A stretch of DNA of 63,896 nt, counting the filler, from Octopus bimaculoides (taxonomy: Eukaryota): the NCBI RefSeq assembly GCF_001194135.2. It is 10 parts of 9 records of this genome, joined end to end, with 100 filler letters (N's around TTAATTAATTAA, not from the genome) between each part and the next. Parts side by side here need not be neighbours in the genome. Positions count along the whole stretch, not along the records: positions 1 to 6,329 come from NC_068984.1; positions 6,430 to 11,734 come from NC_069010.1; 8 more parts are not named here. One strand, 5' to 3'. The notes beneath the pieces were generated by a model. The model was not told where the DNA came from. It did no database searches and was given only the letters and a program-made list of their open reading frames with translations. Positions 1 to 11,332 of the stretch are shown here, in pieces; the first letter of the stretch is position 1; each line of letters begins with the position of its first letter. Position numbers and translations under genes: made by a program.

Positions 1-56
<56 letters not shown>

Positions 57-850
57 CATCATCAGAGAGCAAATGACCTAGTAGTTAGTGTGTTGCACTG
101 TTGGTTGCAAGATCATGACTTCAATTCCCAGACTGGGTAGTGTGTTGTATTCTTGAGAAAAACACTTCCTCTCATGTGTATATTATTCAAATGAATAACA
201 ATAAACTAGTATAATAAAATATCACCTACACCCGCACCTTTAGCCTATCCGATCTCACCTGGGTCGCTGATCTTAAATATAATATTACACCCTTTCACAA
301 ACTATATTCTTAATGTAACCCCACTCTTTAATGCCCACAACAGCCAATTTTGTTGGTCATTCTCCCATAGCACTTAGTAACTCTCAGCAGACGTTAGCCA
401 TGTCCTGCTGTATTCTTGGGATATTCTTTTGTTTGTAAAATTATATTCCGTCTGATGATTACGTTTTTTTATAATGAAATAATGTTCTCATTCTTCTATG
501 AAAAAATGCATATGAAACAGCTATAATGAGATGACAATTATCCATCATCTGTTATTATTCATTTGATTATAATACACCAAGGGGATTTACGACATGTTGG
601 ACATCCTAGAATATATCAACAACATACAATTCAATGTAACGCATGCTTTGGATCAGCTCCTAGGTTCTAAATACTCATAGGGTTGGTTTCCTCAGGGTAC
701 ACAACTGGAATATACCATTTGATACTTATCAACCATAGGCTGGAACCACAAATGTATCCAACCCTACCTGATGCATATCTTTTCTATCTGAATCCTTATT
801 TTACTACATATGTATATATTCCCTCTCTCTCTCTTTTGGAGGGAGGCACA

Positions 851-923
<73 letters not shown>

Positions 924-1005
924 TGTTAGGTGTGATGTACAGAATTAAATATTGAAAAAAAAGTCGTCAGAATTTTGGAATAACATCTTTCATTTATTTT
1001 ATACA

Positions 1006-1047
1006 TATATTAGCGCTTTCGTTCGTCTTTCGAACTTGTCAAATATA
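1006..1047 (-). ncRNA. Minimal type-I hammerhead-like motif with U3:A8 core variant
   Basis: The minus strand reads TATAT-TTGACAA-GTTC(GAAAGAC)GAAC-GAA-AGCGCT-A-ATATA: 5-bp stem I, 4-bp stem II, palindromic stem III. Confidence 0.6.
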
Positions 1048-1250
1048 ATTCTGTGAAAATACAGAGATCTTGCTTATTTATATAAAACAGGTGTTTTTTG
1101 GGGTTTTGTTTATAACAGAACATTGTTTTGTTTTTTTTTGTTTTTTTGGGGTGAGGCTTTGGAGACAATGGAAGATGTATAAGCAGATAGATAGATAGAC
1201 AGGCAGATAGAGAGATAGATAGATAGACTGATAGTCAGACAGATAGAGAG

Positions 1251-1330
1251 ATGGATGTGGTAAAAGAGAGATGGATGTGGTAAAAGAGAAATGGATGTGG
1301 TAAAAGAGAGATGGATGTGGTAAAAGAGAG
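1251..1330 (+). repeat. 20-bp minisatellite, 4 copies
   Basis: (ATGGATGTGGTAAAAGAGAG)4 with one substitution. Confidence 0.95.
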
Positions 1331-1348
1331 AGAGATACAATAGAAAAG

Positions 1349-2094
1349 GTTCAAATTAGGCAGACTATGATTAAAGCATACATATTTGGGTTTAATTAAG
1401 ATAAAATAAGAATTGTCTAATCTGAAACATAATGATATATTAGAAATAGAAACATAGAAATATAAAAATACATGAATACTAAAAATATACGTGGACATAT
1501 AGATATATAGATATGTAAACATAATAATAGAATATAGAAAAAAATAATGAAATATAGAAAAAAATGCTTTTTAAAAAATTCAAAATGTAATATAAAGAAA
1601 GTAAAAGGCGTTAAAAAGGGTTTGGGGTTACATATTAGAGGAAAATAAGGTGTTCCAAGGGACTAAATCAAAATCTAGCATAAACATTATTTTTTCCTGG
1701 TGGGGGTGGGGGGCATTCTATGGAAATGAATCTTAAGATTCATATGTAATCTGCACAAATGTACCCCTGAAATGATCGATGGAGCACTTTATTTTCCTTT
1801 AACATGTTACCCAAAACTCTTTTTAATGTCTATTACTTTCTCTGTGTTACACTTTGAATTTTTTAAAAACGGTCTTTTTTCTATATTTCATTATTTTTAT
1901 CTATATTCTTTTATTATTGTTTACATATCTATATATTTATATGTCTATATATAGTTTTAGTATTCATATATTTTTATATTTCTATATTTTTATATTTCTA
2001 ATATATCAATATATGTTTTAGATTGGACAATTCTAATTTTATTGTAATTAAGCCCGTATATGTATGTGTTAATCAAAGTCTTCCTAATTTGAAC
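1349..2094. repeat. Foldback element: ~310-bp inverted arms (1349-1657 and 1780-2094) with a 122-bp spacer
   Basis: The reverse complement of the right arm aligns along the whole left arm, roughly 80% identical by eye. Confidence 0.85.
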
Positions 2095-2380
2095 AATTGT
2101 AACTAATATACTTGTCCAGTGCCTTGGGTTCGACTTGAGCACTTCTACACTATCTATGTTTTTTGATAGAAAATTATAATTATATGGCTGTGTGGTTAGG
2201 AAGCTTGCTTCCCAGCTACATGGTTTCGGGTTCAGTCCCACCACGTGGCACCTTGGGCAAGTGTCTTCTGCTATAGCCTCGGGCCGACCGAAGCTTTGTG
2301 ATTGAATTTGGTAGGCGGAAGTTACTTCCACGTGTGTATATGTCTGTGTATGTGCTTGTGCCTCTCCGAGAAAGAGAGAG

Positions 2381-2427
<47 letters not shown>

Positions 2428-2668
2428 NNNNNNNNNNNNNNNNNNNNNNNNNNNNNNNNNNNNNNNNNNNNNNNNNNNNNNNNNNNNNNNNNNNNNNNNN
2501 NNNNNNNNNNNNNNNNNNNNNNNNNNNNNNNNNNNNNNNNNNNNNNNNNNNNNNNNNNNNNNNNNNNNNNNNNNNNNNNNNNNNNNNNNNNNNNNNNNNN
2601 NNNNNNNNNNNNNNNNNNNNNNNNNNNNNNNNNNNNNNNNNNNNNNNNNNNNNNNNNNNNNNNNNNNN

Positions 2669-2708
<40 letters not shown>

Positions 2709-3432
2709 CACACGTGTATATGTATATGGGAGAAAGAAACATAACTAAAAATATTCAAAGAACACTTAAAAACATGATGCGGACTTTTAAATGTTTGTAT
2801 AGGCAGATTGACTCATAAATGCATTACTTCAAGTTTCACAAGTACTGATCTTGCAGATGCTTAATGCCAAGTGATTAGGCCTCCTAATACTTAGGCATGT
2901 TTTGTTTCATTTGCATCTGTGTAGTTTCAAGTAGTGCATGAGGAGTTAATCTGTAGATACAAATACACATGTAAGTATGAGTGTGTGTGTTTGTATTTTT
3001 GTGTGAGTATAATACAGGTGCTCTTAGGCATAGAAGTAAGGCATCGACTAATCATAAAAAAAGGGGGCTCGATACATATGAACATAGAGTGTAGAAAATC
3101 TTTACTTTGTTTTCAAGAGTTATTAAGAACTTGTCAGATGTTTCATGTGTAAAGCCATTTCCTGAATCTGTGGGGAATCATCTACTCTATATGAATTTTG
3201 AAACTTAGAATTCATACACTAAAGATTTCTGTTTGTGATTTTATTTATCTCCAGAGAGAAAACATTCTGCCAGCTGTTAATAACTCTTGAAATACTATTG
3301 TGTATATAAACCCCACTGCACTTACATATGTGTTTATAATTATATAAATGTATGTATATTGAGATGCATAAGTATGCATGTATGTGTCAAAATATATATG
3401 TATATAAACGCATATATATATTATATGTATGA

Positions 3433-3483
<51 letters not shown>

Positions 3484-4161
3484 TTCGCACACACACATAC
3501 ACACACACATAGACACACACATACATACATACATATATACATACATACATGCATACATACATATGAACATCCACACAGAGATATATACTATGTTATTGAA
3601 GCTGAAAAAGACATCACAGACTATTACTCTGTGTTTCTCATAACTGTTCATTTGACTGTTGTGAGAATTCAGAATAACATGCTTTATACGCACACACACA
3701 CACATAAATAGAGAGAAAAAGTGTATTTCTACGCAAGGAAAAATGTAGGAGAATTTGTTTTGGGGTTTGAAAATGCACTTGAATCTCAAAACGTGTATTG
3801 TCATTAAATTCTGTAATAAATTTATTCAAATACCAAACCGGTTTTAACAATTGCTTGATTATCGATAGTAACAATAAATAAAGGATTCTGAAGAGTTCAA
3901 AGTTACAAAGTAAAATTCAGAAAATAAATTGTTTAAACATTCAAATGTTCACATAAATTTCAATGAGTTTCACAGAGATAGACAGTAATAAAAGTTTAAA
4001 TGTTCAATGCAGATCATAACAAATGTAGATGACTGAAAGTTTAGTCATATTCAGTTTCTCTAAAAAAAAAAAATTAATAAAAACAGGAGAGAAAGAGCAA
4101 AGAATGGAAAGGAGATTTTTTAATAGTTTTTGTCTATTCTGTTATAATGGAGTTTCCCTCC

Positions 4162-4318
4162 AGTGGCTGTGTGGTAAGTAGCTTGCTTACCAACCACATG
4201 GTTCCGGGTTCAGTCCCACTGCGTGGCACCTTGGGCAAGTGTCTTCTACTATAGCCTCGGGCCGACCAAAGCCTTGTGAGTGGATTTGGTAGACGGAAAT
4301 TGAAAGAAGCCCGTCGTA

Positions 4319-4369
<51 letters not shown>

Positions 4370-4565
4370 CTGTGTTTGTTTTCCCAACATCGCTTGATAA
4401 CTGATGCTGGTGTATTTACGTCCCCATAACTTAGCAGTTCAGCAAAAAGAGACCGATAGAATAAGTACTAGGCTTACAAAGAATATGTCCTGGGGTCGAT
4501 TTTCTCGACTAAAGGCGGTGCTCCAGCATGGCCGCAGTCAAATAACTGAAACAAGTAAAAGAGTA
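4162..4565 (+). mobile_element. tRNA-derived SINE family A, full length
   Basis: Pol III A box TGGCTGTGTGG, B box GGTTCAGTCC, CORE-like ACCTTGGGCAAGTG, central (TA/TG)n, tail ...GAAACAAGTAAAAGAGTA. Confidence 0.9.
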
Positions 4566-4640
4566 TATATATACATGAGGTTCATTACGTTGATCACTTG
4601 TTAGAGTTTGAGATGTTACAAGTACTAATTGTTTAGTATG

Positions 4641-5417
4641 TATTAAACTGCTCGGGGTCTGGTTTGGTCCAGACCTGCAGGTGGAGAAAAACTGGGAAGA
4701 AGTAACGAGCAGGGTGGCCAATCTCACCCAGAAATGGGCCGAGAAGAAGCTGTCCCTGAAAGGTTGAGCGGAGGTGGCGAATGTGTACATCGCGTCGGTC
4801 ATCTGTTACCGCTTGACCGTTGTCCCTTGTCCTGACCGCTGGTTGGCCAAGCTGGTATGTTTGCTCTTCGACTTTTTGTGGAAGGGTCAAGTACCACTGG
4901 TCAGGCGCTCCATCTGCTGTCAACAGCCACTGAACGGAGGACCTGGCATGCCGTGACTGCTGATGTGCAAACATGTGCTCAGGCTACGACATCTCAAGCG
5001 TTTCCTGGACGGTGAACAGGTTTGGTCGCCATTCGTCAGACAAGATTTTCCGCAGCTCGTCTCTTTAACAGAGCTGCAGTCCTGAATCAAACGTAGACTG
5101 AGAAAGGGCGCTTGGCACCTTGAGTGCCGTCAAGCTCTTANNNNNNNNNNCTGCAGTCCTGAATCAAACGTAGACTGAGAAAGGGCGCTTGGCACCTTGA
5201 GTGCCGTCAAGCTCTTACCACCCTCAGTCAGGCGGGCAATGCGATTGGTAGTAGCTCCACTCTAGTGTTCTATAGAGGGTTAGTGGAGGAAAAGTGCGAC
5301 AATGTTCTCGGGGAAACTCTAGGCATCGAAGATAATCAGTTAAACAGTCTGTTCGGAAGAACTTTCGGGCCATGGATAACTTCCAAAGGTCCTTCACCTG
5401 GCAGTGTTACCAAGTGA
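4641..5417 (+). mobile_element. Decayed Tx1/L1-clade LINE ORF2 fragment (region after the RT core)
   Basis: IKLLGVWFGPDLQVEKNWEEV...W...LSLKG*AEVANVYIASVICY...FDFLWKGQVPLVRR...P..GGPGMP, with three in-frame stops and a frameshift. Confidence 0.85.
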
Positions 5418-5580
5418 CGACAGGCTTCTTTCAGTTTCCATCTACCAAATCCACTCACAAGGCTTTGGTCGGCCCGAGGCTATAGTAGAAGACACTTGCC
5501 CAAGATGCCACGTAGTGGGACTGAACCCGGGACCATGTGGTTGGTAAGCAAGCTACTTACCACACAGGCACTCCTACACC
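5418..5580 (-). mobile_element. SINE family A head
   Basis: Reverse complement of the 4162 head, about 7 mismatches in ~155 nt. Confidence 0.9.
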
Positions 5581-5596
5581 TATATATATATATATA

Positions 5597-5630
<34 letters not shown>

Positions 5631-6140
5631 TGTGACTGTGTTTGTCCCCCACCACACACACACACACACACTGACTGAGCGAGAGAATGGTAGGGAGAAA
5701 GAAAGGTGTGTAAGCGAGCATCTGTGTGTTTGCGTGCGTGAGTGTAATGGCTGACGCATTATTCGGTTGCACTATATCTATGTTTTACTGTTTCCGAATA
5801 TTCAGGTAATTAATCAAATCCATGAAGAGATAGACTTGATTAATTAGCAGTAGATCCGGAAAACATGCAAACTTTATATTTACAATGCAGCTAAATGATA
5901 AAGCAGCTGTTAAATTTAGATACTGTACACTATATATTTCTATAGTGAGGGCTTTAAATGCTTGACTTATTTTGTGTGAAGGATAAAAGTTTATTAAGCA
6001 TAAAACGGGGAAAAAAAACCCAACAAAAAATAAGACTCGAAACAACATAGTAGGGCATAATAAATTCAAATAGCTGGATTCTCCTTTTACACGCACACTC
6101 ATGCATATATACCAATGTATATATATATATATATATATAT

Positions 6141-6190
<50 letters not shown>

Positions 6191-6329
6191 CACATACATA
6201 ATGTGTGTATATATATGTGTGTGTGTGTGTGTGTATTTAGTTTCTTCGTGCATTCTTTGAAAATTAATTACAATTTTGCAATGGAAACTTTTCGTTACCG
6301 ATTTACTCTTAGTTGCTTTTTTTTTTTTT

Positions 6330-6429
6330 NNNNNNNNNNNNNNNNNNNNNNNNNNNNNNNNNNNNNNNNNNNNTTAATTAATTAANNNNNNNNNNNNNNN
6401 NNNNNNNNNNNNNNNNNNNNNNNNNNNNN
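6330..6429. other. Artificial assembly spacer 44N-TTAATTAATTAA-44N (first of nine)
   Basis: Identical 100-bp structure at 6330, 11735, 20858, 32459, 34533, 37748, 51349, 60178 and 62065. The 12-mer gives TAA in all six frames. Confidence 0.95.
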
Positions 6430-6503
6430 TATATATATCTGATGCTGTTTCCTATATAGGCACAAGTGTAATTCTTTCCCAAATAAACTGTACTTCATGT
6501 TTG

Positions 6504-6585
6504 GGGCTCTGATGAAGCTCTAAGGCATTATTCAGGCACTCAATTATGAGTCCACTGCACCTCACAGCAGAAACAGCTGTAAGCT
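6504..6585 (+). ncRNA. Minimal type-I hammerhead ribozyme-like motif (Penelope pLTR type)
   Basis: Stem I GCT(6506-08)/AGC(6582-84); core CTGATGA 6509-15; stem II GCT(6517-19)/AGC(6566-68) flanked by A on each side; GAAA 6570-73; palindromic stem III ACAGCTGT 6573-80; predicted cleavage after GUA at 6581. Confidence 0.6.
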
Positions 6586-6679
6586 AATGAAATTCATAAG
6601 ATAATCATTTATCCCTTTGTGATGTCTCTTTCTGTTGTGGGAAGTTTTATTTCATCCATATTTTATTTATATCTTTCAG

Positions 6680-6776
6680 GTATTTTGCAAAGGAGATAAC
6701 CAACATAACTCACTTACCTCATTATTCCTAACAACACCAGAATCTACGTTAAAAGGCCTGCTGCATGACAAAATAG
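6680..6776 (+). CDS. CLCN7: CLC-7-like H+/Cl- exchanger, internal exon A (97 bp)
   Basis: tttcAG acceptor at 6678-6679 and GTGAGC donor at 6777. Encodes VFCKGDNQHNSLTSLFLTTPESTLKGLLHDKI+G, matching the CLC-7 segment FC..G.YNS...F.TPE....LFHD..G. Ends in phase 1, compatible with the next exon. Confidence 0.9.
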
Positions 6777-6985
6777 GTGAGCATTGTGCACATACTTATA
6801 AGTTTAAGAACTATTTCTGTATGCAATCTCAATGTCTAAAAAAAAATTCTAAATTAAAAGATACTAATTTTATAAAAAAAAAAAATTGTAAAAAATATCA
6901 GGTTGACACAGAACTAATGGAACAGAGTGTTTGTGCAGCTGCTTTCCCTGTCTTAAGTTTTTCAAACACATGCAATATCTTTATC

Positions 6986-7377
6986 TTTTACTTGTTTCAG
7001 TCACTTGATTGCTTCCATGCTGGGGCACGGCCCTGAGGGGTTTTAGTCAAACAAATCGACTGCAAGACTTTTTTTTAAAGTCTAGTACTTATTCTATCAC
7101 TCTCTTTTGCTGAACTGCTAAGTAACAGGGACGTAAACACACCAGCACCAATTGTCAGGCAGTGGTAGGTGACAAACACTGATATAAAGACACACACACA
7201 TAGATATGTGCATACATATATACAATGGGCTTCTTTCAGTTTTCATCTACCAAATCCACTTTGGTCGGCCTGAGGCTATAGCAGAAGACACTTGCCCAAG
7301 GTGCCATGCAGTGGGACTGAACCCGGAGCTAAGTGGTTGGGAAGCAAGTTTCTTACCATACAGCCACACCTGCGCCT
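6986..7377 (-). mobile_element. SINE family A, near full length
   Basis: Tail, microsatellite and head in reverse order. Confidence 0.85.
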
Positions 7378-7857
7378 GTATCAGGTAAATCCTTTTATGA
7401 ATAATCTGCTTGCCTTTAAAAAGGTTATTTTATACAAGTAATAATCCACTCAATAGGGGTTTGCAAAGATGGTAAGCAAGTGGTAGCACTGTCAGTGGCT
7501 TGGCCCAGTGGATTCTACTCTCCCTTTCTCTTACATTCAACCCCTCCATATATAATTAATTCCAAGAGAACACTATGGTGTTTTTTGGAGAGGGTTCTAG
7601 TTAGAGAAAGGTCAGAATTGTGGGATCAGAAAGCACAATTTGGAAGTTGCAGATGAATTTATCTTTCAAGTGAAGAATAAATGGATGGATGGTGAGAGAA
7701 ATTGGAATCTACTGTGTAGGGAACTGTAAAATGCTCATGGCACAGCTGGTCACACCTTCTACCTGCCCTTAAGTGATTAATTCCATCTACTAACCCCATA
7801 AAATACTGTGTCCACCTGTCCTAACTCTAAACCCCCTTTATTACTTCTCTCTTGCAG

Positions 7858-8027
7858 GTTCCTACAAAGTGACCACATTACTTATATTTTTGGTTCTATA
7901 TTTTCTACTCTCTGTCTGGACGTATGGCCTGAGTATCTCGAGTGGGGTCTTCATCCCTTCCCTGACCATAGGGGCCATCTGGGGACGGCTGCTTGGCTAT
8001 GGATGCATGGAGATTTTCCCACATTTG
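7858..8027 (+). CDS. CLCN7: CLC-7-like exchanger, internal exon B (170 bp)
   Basis: Polypyrimidine tract plus ttgcAG, GTAAGG donor at 8028. Encodes [57 protein letters not shown] with the CLC WTYG and GVFIP motifs. Phase 1 in, phase 0 out. Confidence 0.95.
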
Positions 8028-8322
8028 GTAAGGAGGAATCTTATTGTCAACCATGTCTCTATATCATTATGTCTTCGCTTGTCTTTATATCTCTTGTCTA
8101 TATATCTTTATTTATTTGTATGTTTCTTTAACACTTTTGTTACCATATTTCTCCTGAGATGCTCTGTGTTTCTTTCAGTTAATTTTAAATATAACAGAGA
8201 GTTTAGTAAAATAATTTAGCTATCATTAAGCAAATGCTAGGAACATAAATTGTGAACATTTTATTTGTGATGAATTATGCTTTCCATAAACTTGACAAGT
8301 AATAACCATAGGAAATATATGC

Positions 8323-8695
8323 TAGTGGAGGCGCAATGGCCCAGTGGTTAGGGCAGCGAACTCGCAGTCATAGGATCGCGGTTTTGATTCCCAGACCGGG
8401 CGTTGTGAGTGTTTATTGAGCGAAAACACCTAAAAGCTCCACGAGGCTCCGGCAGGGGATAGTGGCGAACCCTGCTGTATTCTTTCACCACAACTTTCTC
8501 TCACTCTTTCTTCCTGTTTCTGTTGTGCCTGTAATTCAAAGGGTCAGCCTTGTCACACTGTGTCACGCTGAATATCCCCGGAGAACTACGTTAAGGGTAC
8601 ACATGTCTGTGGAGTGCTCAGCCACTTGCACATTAATTTCACGAGCAGGCTGTTCCGTTGATCGGATCAACTGGAACCCTTGAGGGCCAACAACA
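8323..8695 (+). mobile_element. tRNA-derived SINE family B1 (resembles octopus OR-type SINEs)
   Basis: A box TGGCCCAGTGG, B-box-like GTTTTGATTCC, 10-bp TSD AAATATATGC (8313-22 and 8696-8705). Confidence 0.85.
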
Positions 8696-8747
8696 AAATA
8701 TATGCCAATAAATGTGTGTGAACGTGTGTGCATATATATATGTGTGT

Positions 8748-9010
8748 GAAGGTATATGGCTTAGTGGTTAGGGCATTCTGCTCACGATCGGGAGTTCAGT
8801 TCCCAGCGACGTGTTGTGTCCTTGAGCAAGGCACTTTATTTCACGTTGCTCCAGTCCACTCAGCTGGGAGAAACGAGGAGTACCTGTATTTCAAAGGGCC
8901 AGCCTTGTCACGCCCTGTGTCACATCGAATCTGCCTGAGAACTACATTAATTTGACGAGCAAGCTGTTCCGTTGATCGGATCAGCTGGGATCCTCATCAT
9001 GGTAACTGAT
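8748..9010 (+). mobile_element. SINE family B2 (CORE-like middle, tail shared with B1)
   Basis: TGGCTTAGTGG head, GTTGTGTCCTTGAGCAAGGCAC, shared tail ...GCTGTTCCGTTGATCGGATCA. Confidence 0.8.
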
Positions 9011-9085
9011 CGAGTGTTCCTTTTATATATATGTCGTGTGTGTGTGCTAATGTTTGTTTTTATAATTACTGACAGCACATGCCTG

Positions 9086-9123
<38 letters not shown>

Positions 9124-9255
9124 GGGGGTCGATTTGTGCGACTAAAGGAGGTGCTCCAGCATGGCCGCAGTCAAATGCCTGAAACAAGAAAAGGAGTAAA
9201 AGAGTATTCCATTGTCTATTCATTGTCTTTTTCCTTTTCTTTTTTTCAATTCCAG

Positions 9256-9432
9256 AAAAACAATTTAGGCAAATACGCCCTCCTCGGGGCCGCGTCTCAA
9301 CTCGGTGGGATTGTGCGCACTACAATCAGCATAATGGTAATTCTGGTTGAATGCACCGGTGACATAACTCTCGGACTGCCTCTCATGATGGTTCTTATTA
9401 TATCCAAATGGGTTGGAGACTTTTTCTCAACG
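9256..9432 (+). CDS. CLCN7: CLC-7-like exchanger, internal exon C (177 bp)
   Basis: Long T/C tract plus ttccAG, GTAGGT donor at 9433. Encodes [74 protein letters not shown] fits CLC-7 better than CLC-6 (GTFALIGAAAFLGGVVR, from memory). Confidence 0.95.
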
Positions 9433-10282
9433 GTAGGTGGCGAGAGCGAGTTTCTATTCTTTTTGNNNNNNNNNNNNNNNNNNNNNNNNNNNNNNNNNNN
9501 NNNNNNNNNNNNNNNNNNNNNNNNNNNNNNNNNNNNNNNNNNNNNNNNNNNNNNNNNNNNNNNNNNNNNNNNNNNNNNNNNNNNNNNNNNNNNNNNNNNN
9601 NNNNNNNNNNNNNNNNNNNNNNNNNNNNNNNNNNNNNNNNNNNNNNNNNNNNNNNNNNNNNNNNNNNNNNNNNNNNNNNNNNNNNNNNNNNNNNNNNNNN
9701 NNNNNNNNNNNNNNNNNNNNNNNNNNNNNNNNNNNNNNNNNNNNNNNNNNNNNNNNNNNNNNNNNNNNNNNNNNNNNNNNNNNNNNNNNNNNNNNNNNNN
9801 NNNNNNNNNNNNNNNNNNNNNNNNNNNNNNNNNNNNNNNNNNNNNNNNNNNNNNNNNNNNNNNNNNNNNNNNNNNNNNNNNNNNNNNNNNNNNNNNNNNN
9901 NNNNNNNNNNNNNNNNNNNNNNNNNNNNNNNNNNNNNNNNNNNNNNNNNNNNNNNNNNNNNNNNNNNNNNNNNNNNNNNNNNNNNNNNNNNNNNNNNNNN
10001 NNNNNNNNNNNNNNNNNNNNNNNNNNNNNNNNNNNNNNNNNNNNNNNNNNNNNNNNNNNNNNNNNNNNNNNNNNNNNNNNNNNNNNNNNNNNNNNNNNNN
10101 NNNNNNNNNNNNNNNNNNNNNNNNNNNNNNNNNNNNNNNNNNNNNNNNNNNNNNNNNNNNNNNNNNNNNNNNNNNNNNNNNNNNNNNNNNNNNNNNNNNN
10201 NNNNNNNNNNNNNNNNNNNNNNNNNNNNNNNNNNNNNNNNNNNNNNNNNNNNNNNNNNNNNNNNNNNNNNNNNNNNNNNNNN

Positions 10283-10553
10283 TGAAAACAAGACATTTGT
10301 ACTACAGAGCCAGAGGTGGTTTCAACTGAGTTGATACCAAAAGGGTTAAAAATATCATGGTGACTTTAACCCTTTTGTTAGCATATTTCTGTTGAGATGC
10401 TCTGTTTCTTTCAATTAATTTTAAATACAACAAAGAATTTAGTAAAATAACTTAGTTATCATTAAGCTAGTGTTAGGAACATCAATTGTGACTAAGGTTT
10501 GGTGGAAGATTTTAATTCAGAACTTTTGAAAACAAGATATTTGTACTACAGAG
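10283..10553. mobile_element. piggyBac-like MITE pieces (end of one copy abutting the start of another); a third partial copy at 8128-8255
   Basis: CCAAAAGGG-TTAA at 10337-49 and TTAA-CCCTTTTG at 10366; shared internal tgaaaacaaga.atttgtactacagag. Confidence 0.6.
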
Positions 10554-11082
10554 TGTTGCATTCAGATTGAAGTAATAAATTAGGTGGTTTACTTGTGAGA
10601 CAAATGATCCATGTGGGTGTATAGTGTGAAAGAGACAGACATCATGATAGACAGATAGATGAAGGAGAAAGGTGGGCGTGATGTGAGTGAGTGAATAGAA
10701 GAGAGAAACGAAAGAAAAGAAAGGAAGAGGATAGATATTGGAAATAGAAAGAATGAGAGCAAAAGTAAAAATTAATATAATGATTAAGATAAAAGATAAT
10801 AGGCTGGTATTATTTTGCTTCAGGGTAGGTTTGGCGTGAGAGGTCAGGGGTTAACGTTTTGGTAAAGTGGAGGAGGAAGGCATTTATTGCTATTAAAGGG
10901 TAATTATATATAAATATATTTATATATATACAAATATATATAAACATATATAAAAATAATTAGACATCCAAAGGTGAAACTATAATATTGTCATGTCATC
11001 ATTTTTTTCTGTGCAAAATATTATCAGCTGATTGCAAGTCTTTGTTGAATGGTTTTTATTCCAGAGATTTCTTCACCTGGCC

Positions 11083-11332
11083 CGGGGGTTCTCAACCATT
11101 ATTTTTATTTACGGTCCCCTCTGATTACTATTTTACTCTGGTGGACCCCCATAGCCATTCGATGTTTAAAAACTAGTTTTTAACTTCTTTCAAAATTCCT
11201 ATTTTGGTTTCCACACATTAACTTGTGTAGATTAAACTATGGANNNNNNNNNNACTATTGTAGATCCCCAATTTATTATCTTGTTGCATGGAGTTCCAAA
11301 AACCTTATATGAACCCTGGTTGAAAACCACTG
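11083..11332. mobile_element. hAT-like MITE
   Basis: TIRs CGGGGGTTCTCAACC and GGTTGAAAACCACTG; no matching TSD found. Confidence 0.55.

Noticed and set aside
452-530. CTGATGA followed by GAAACAGCTATA
   Set aside because: Resembles the 6.5-kb family but the stems are not recoverable; too decayed to call.
1251-1330. Regular 20-bp repeats as a CRISPR-like array
   Set aside because: Head-to-tail minisatellite with no spacers, in eukaryotic DNA.
4162-4240. tRNA-like A/B boxes in SINE heads as tRNA genes
   Set aside because: No complete cloverleaf, and each continues into a SINE body; no true tRNA gene seen.
5074-5217. 67-bp direct duplication across a 10-N gap
   Set aside because: Typical unmerged contig overlap; an assembly artefact.
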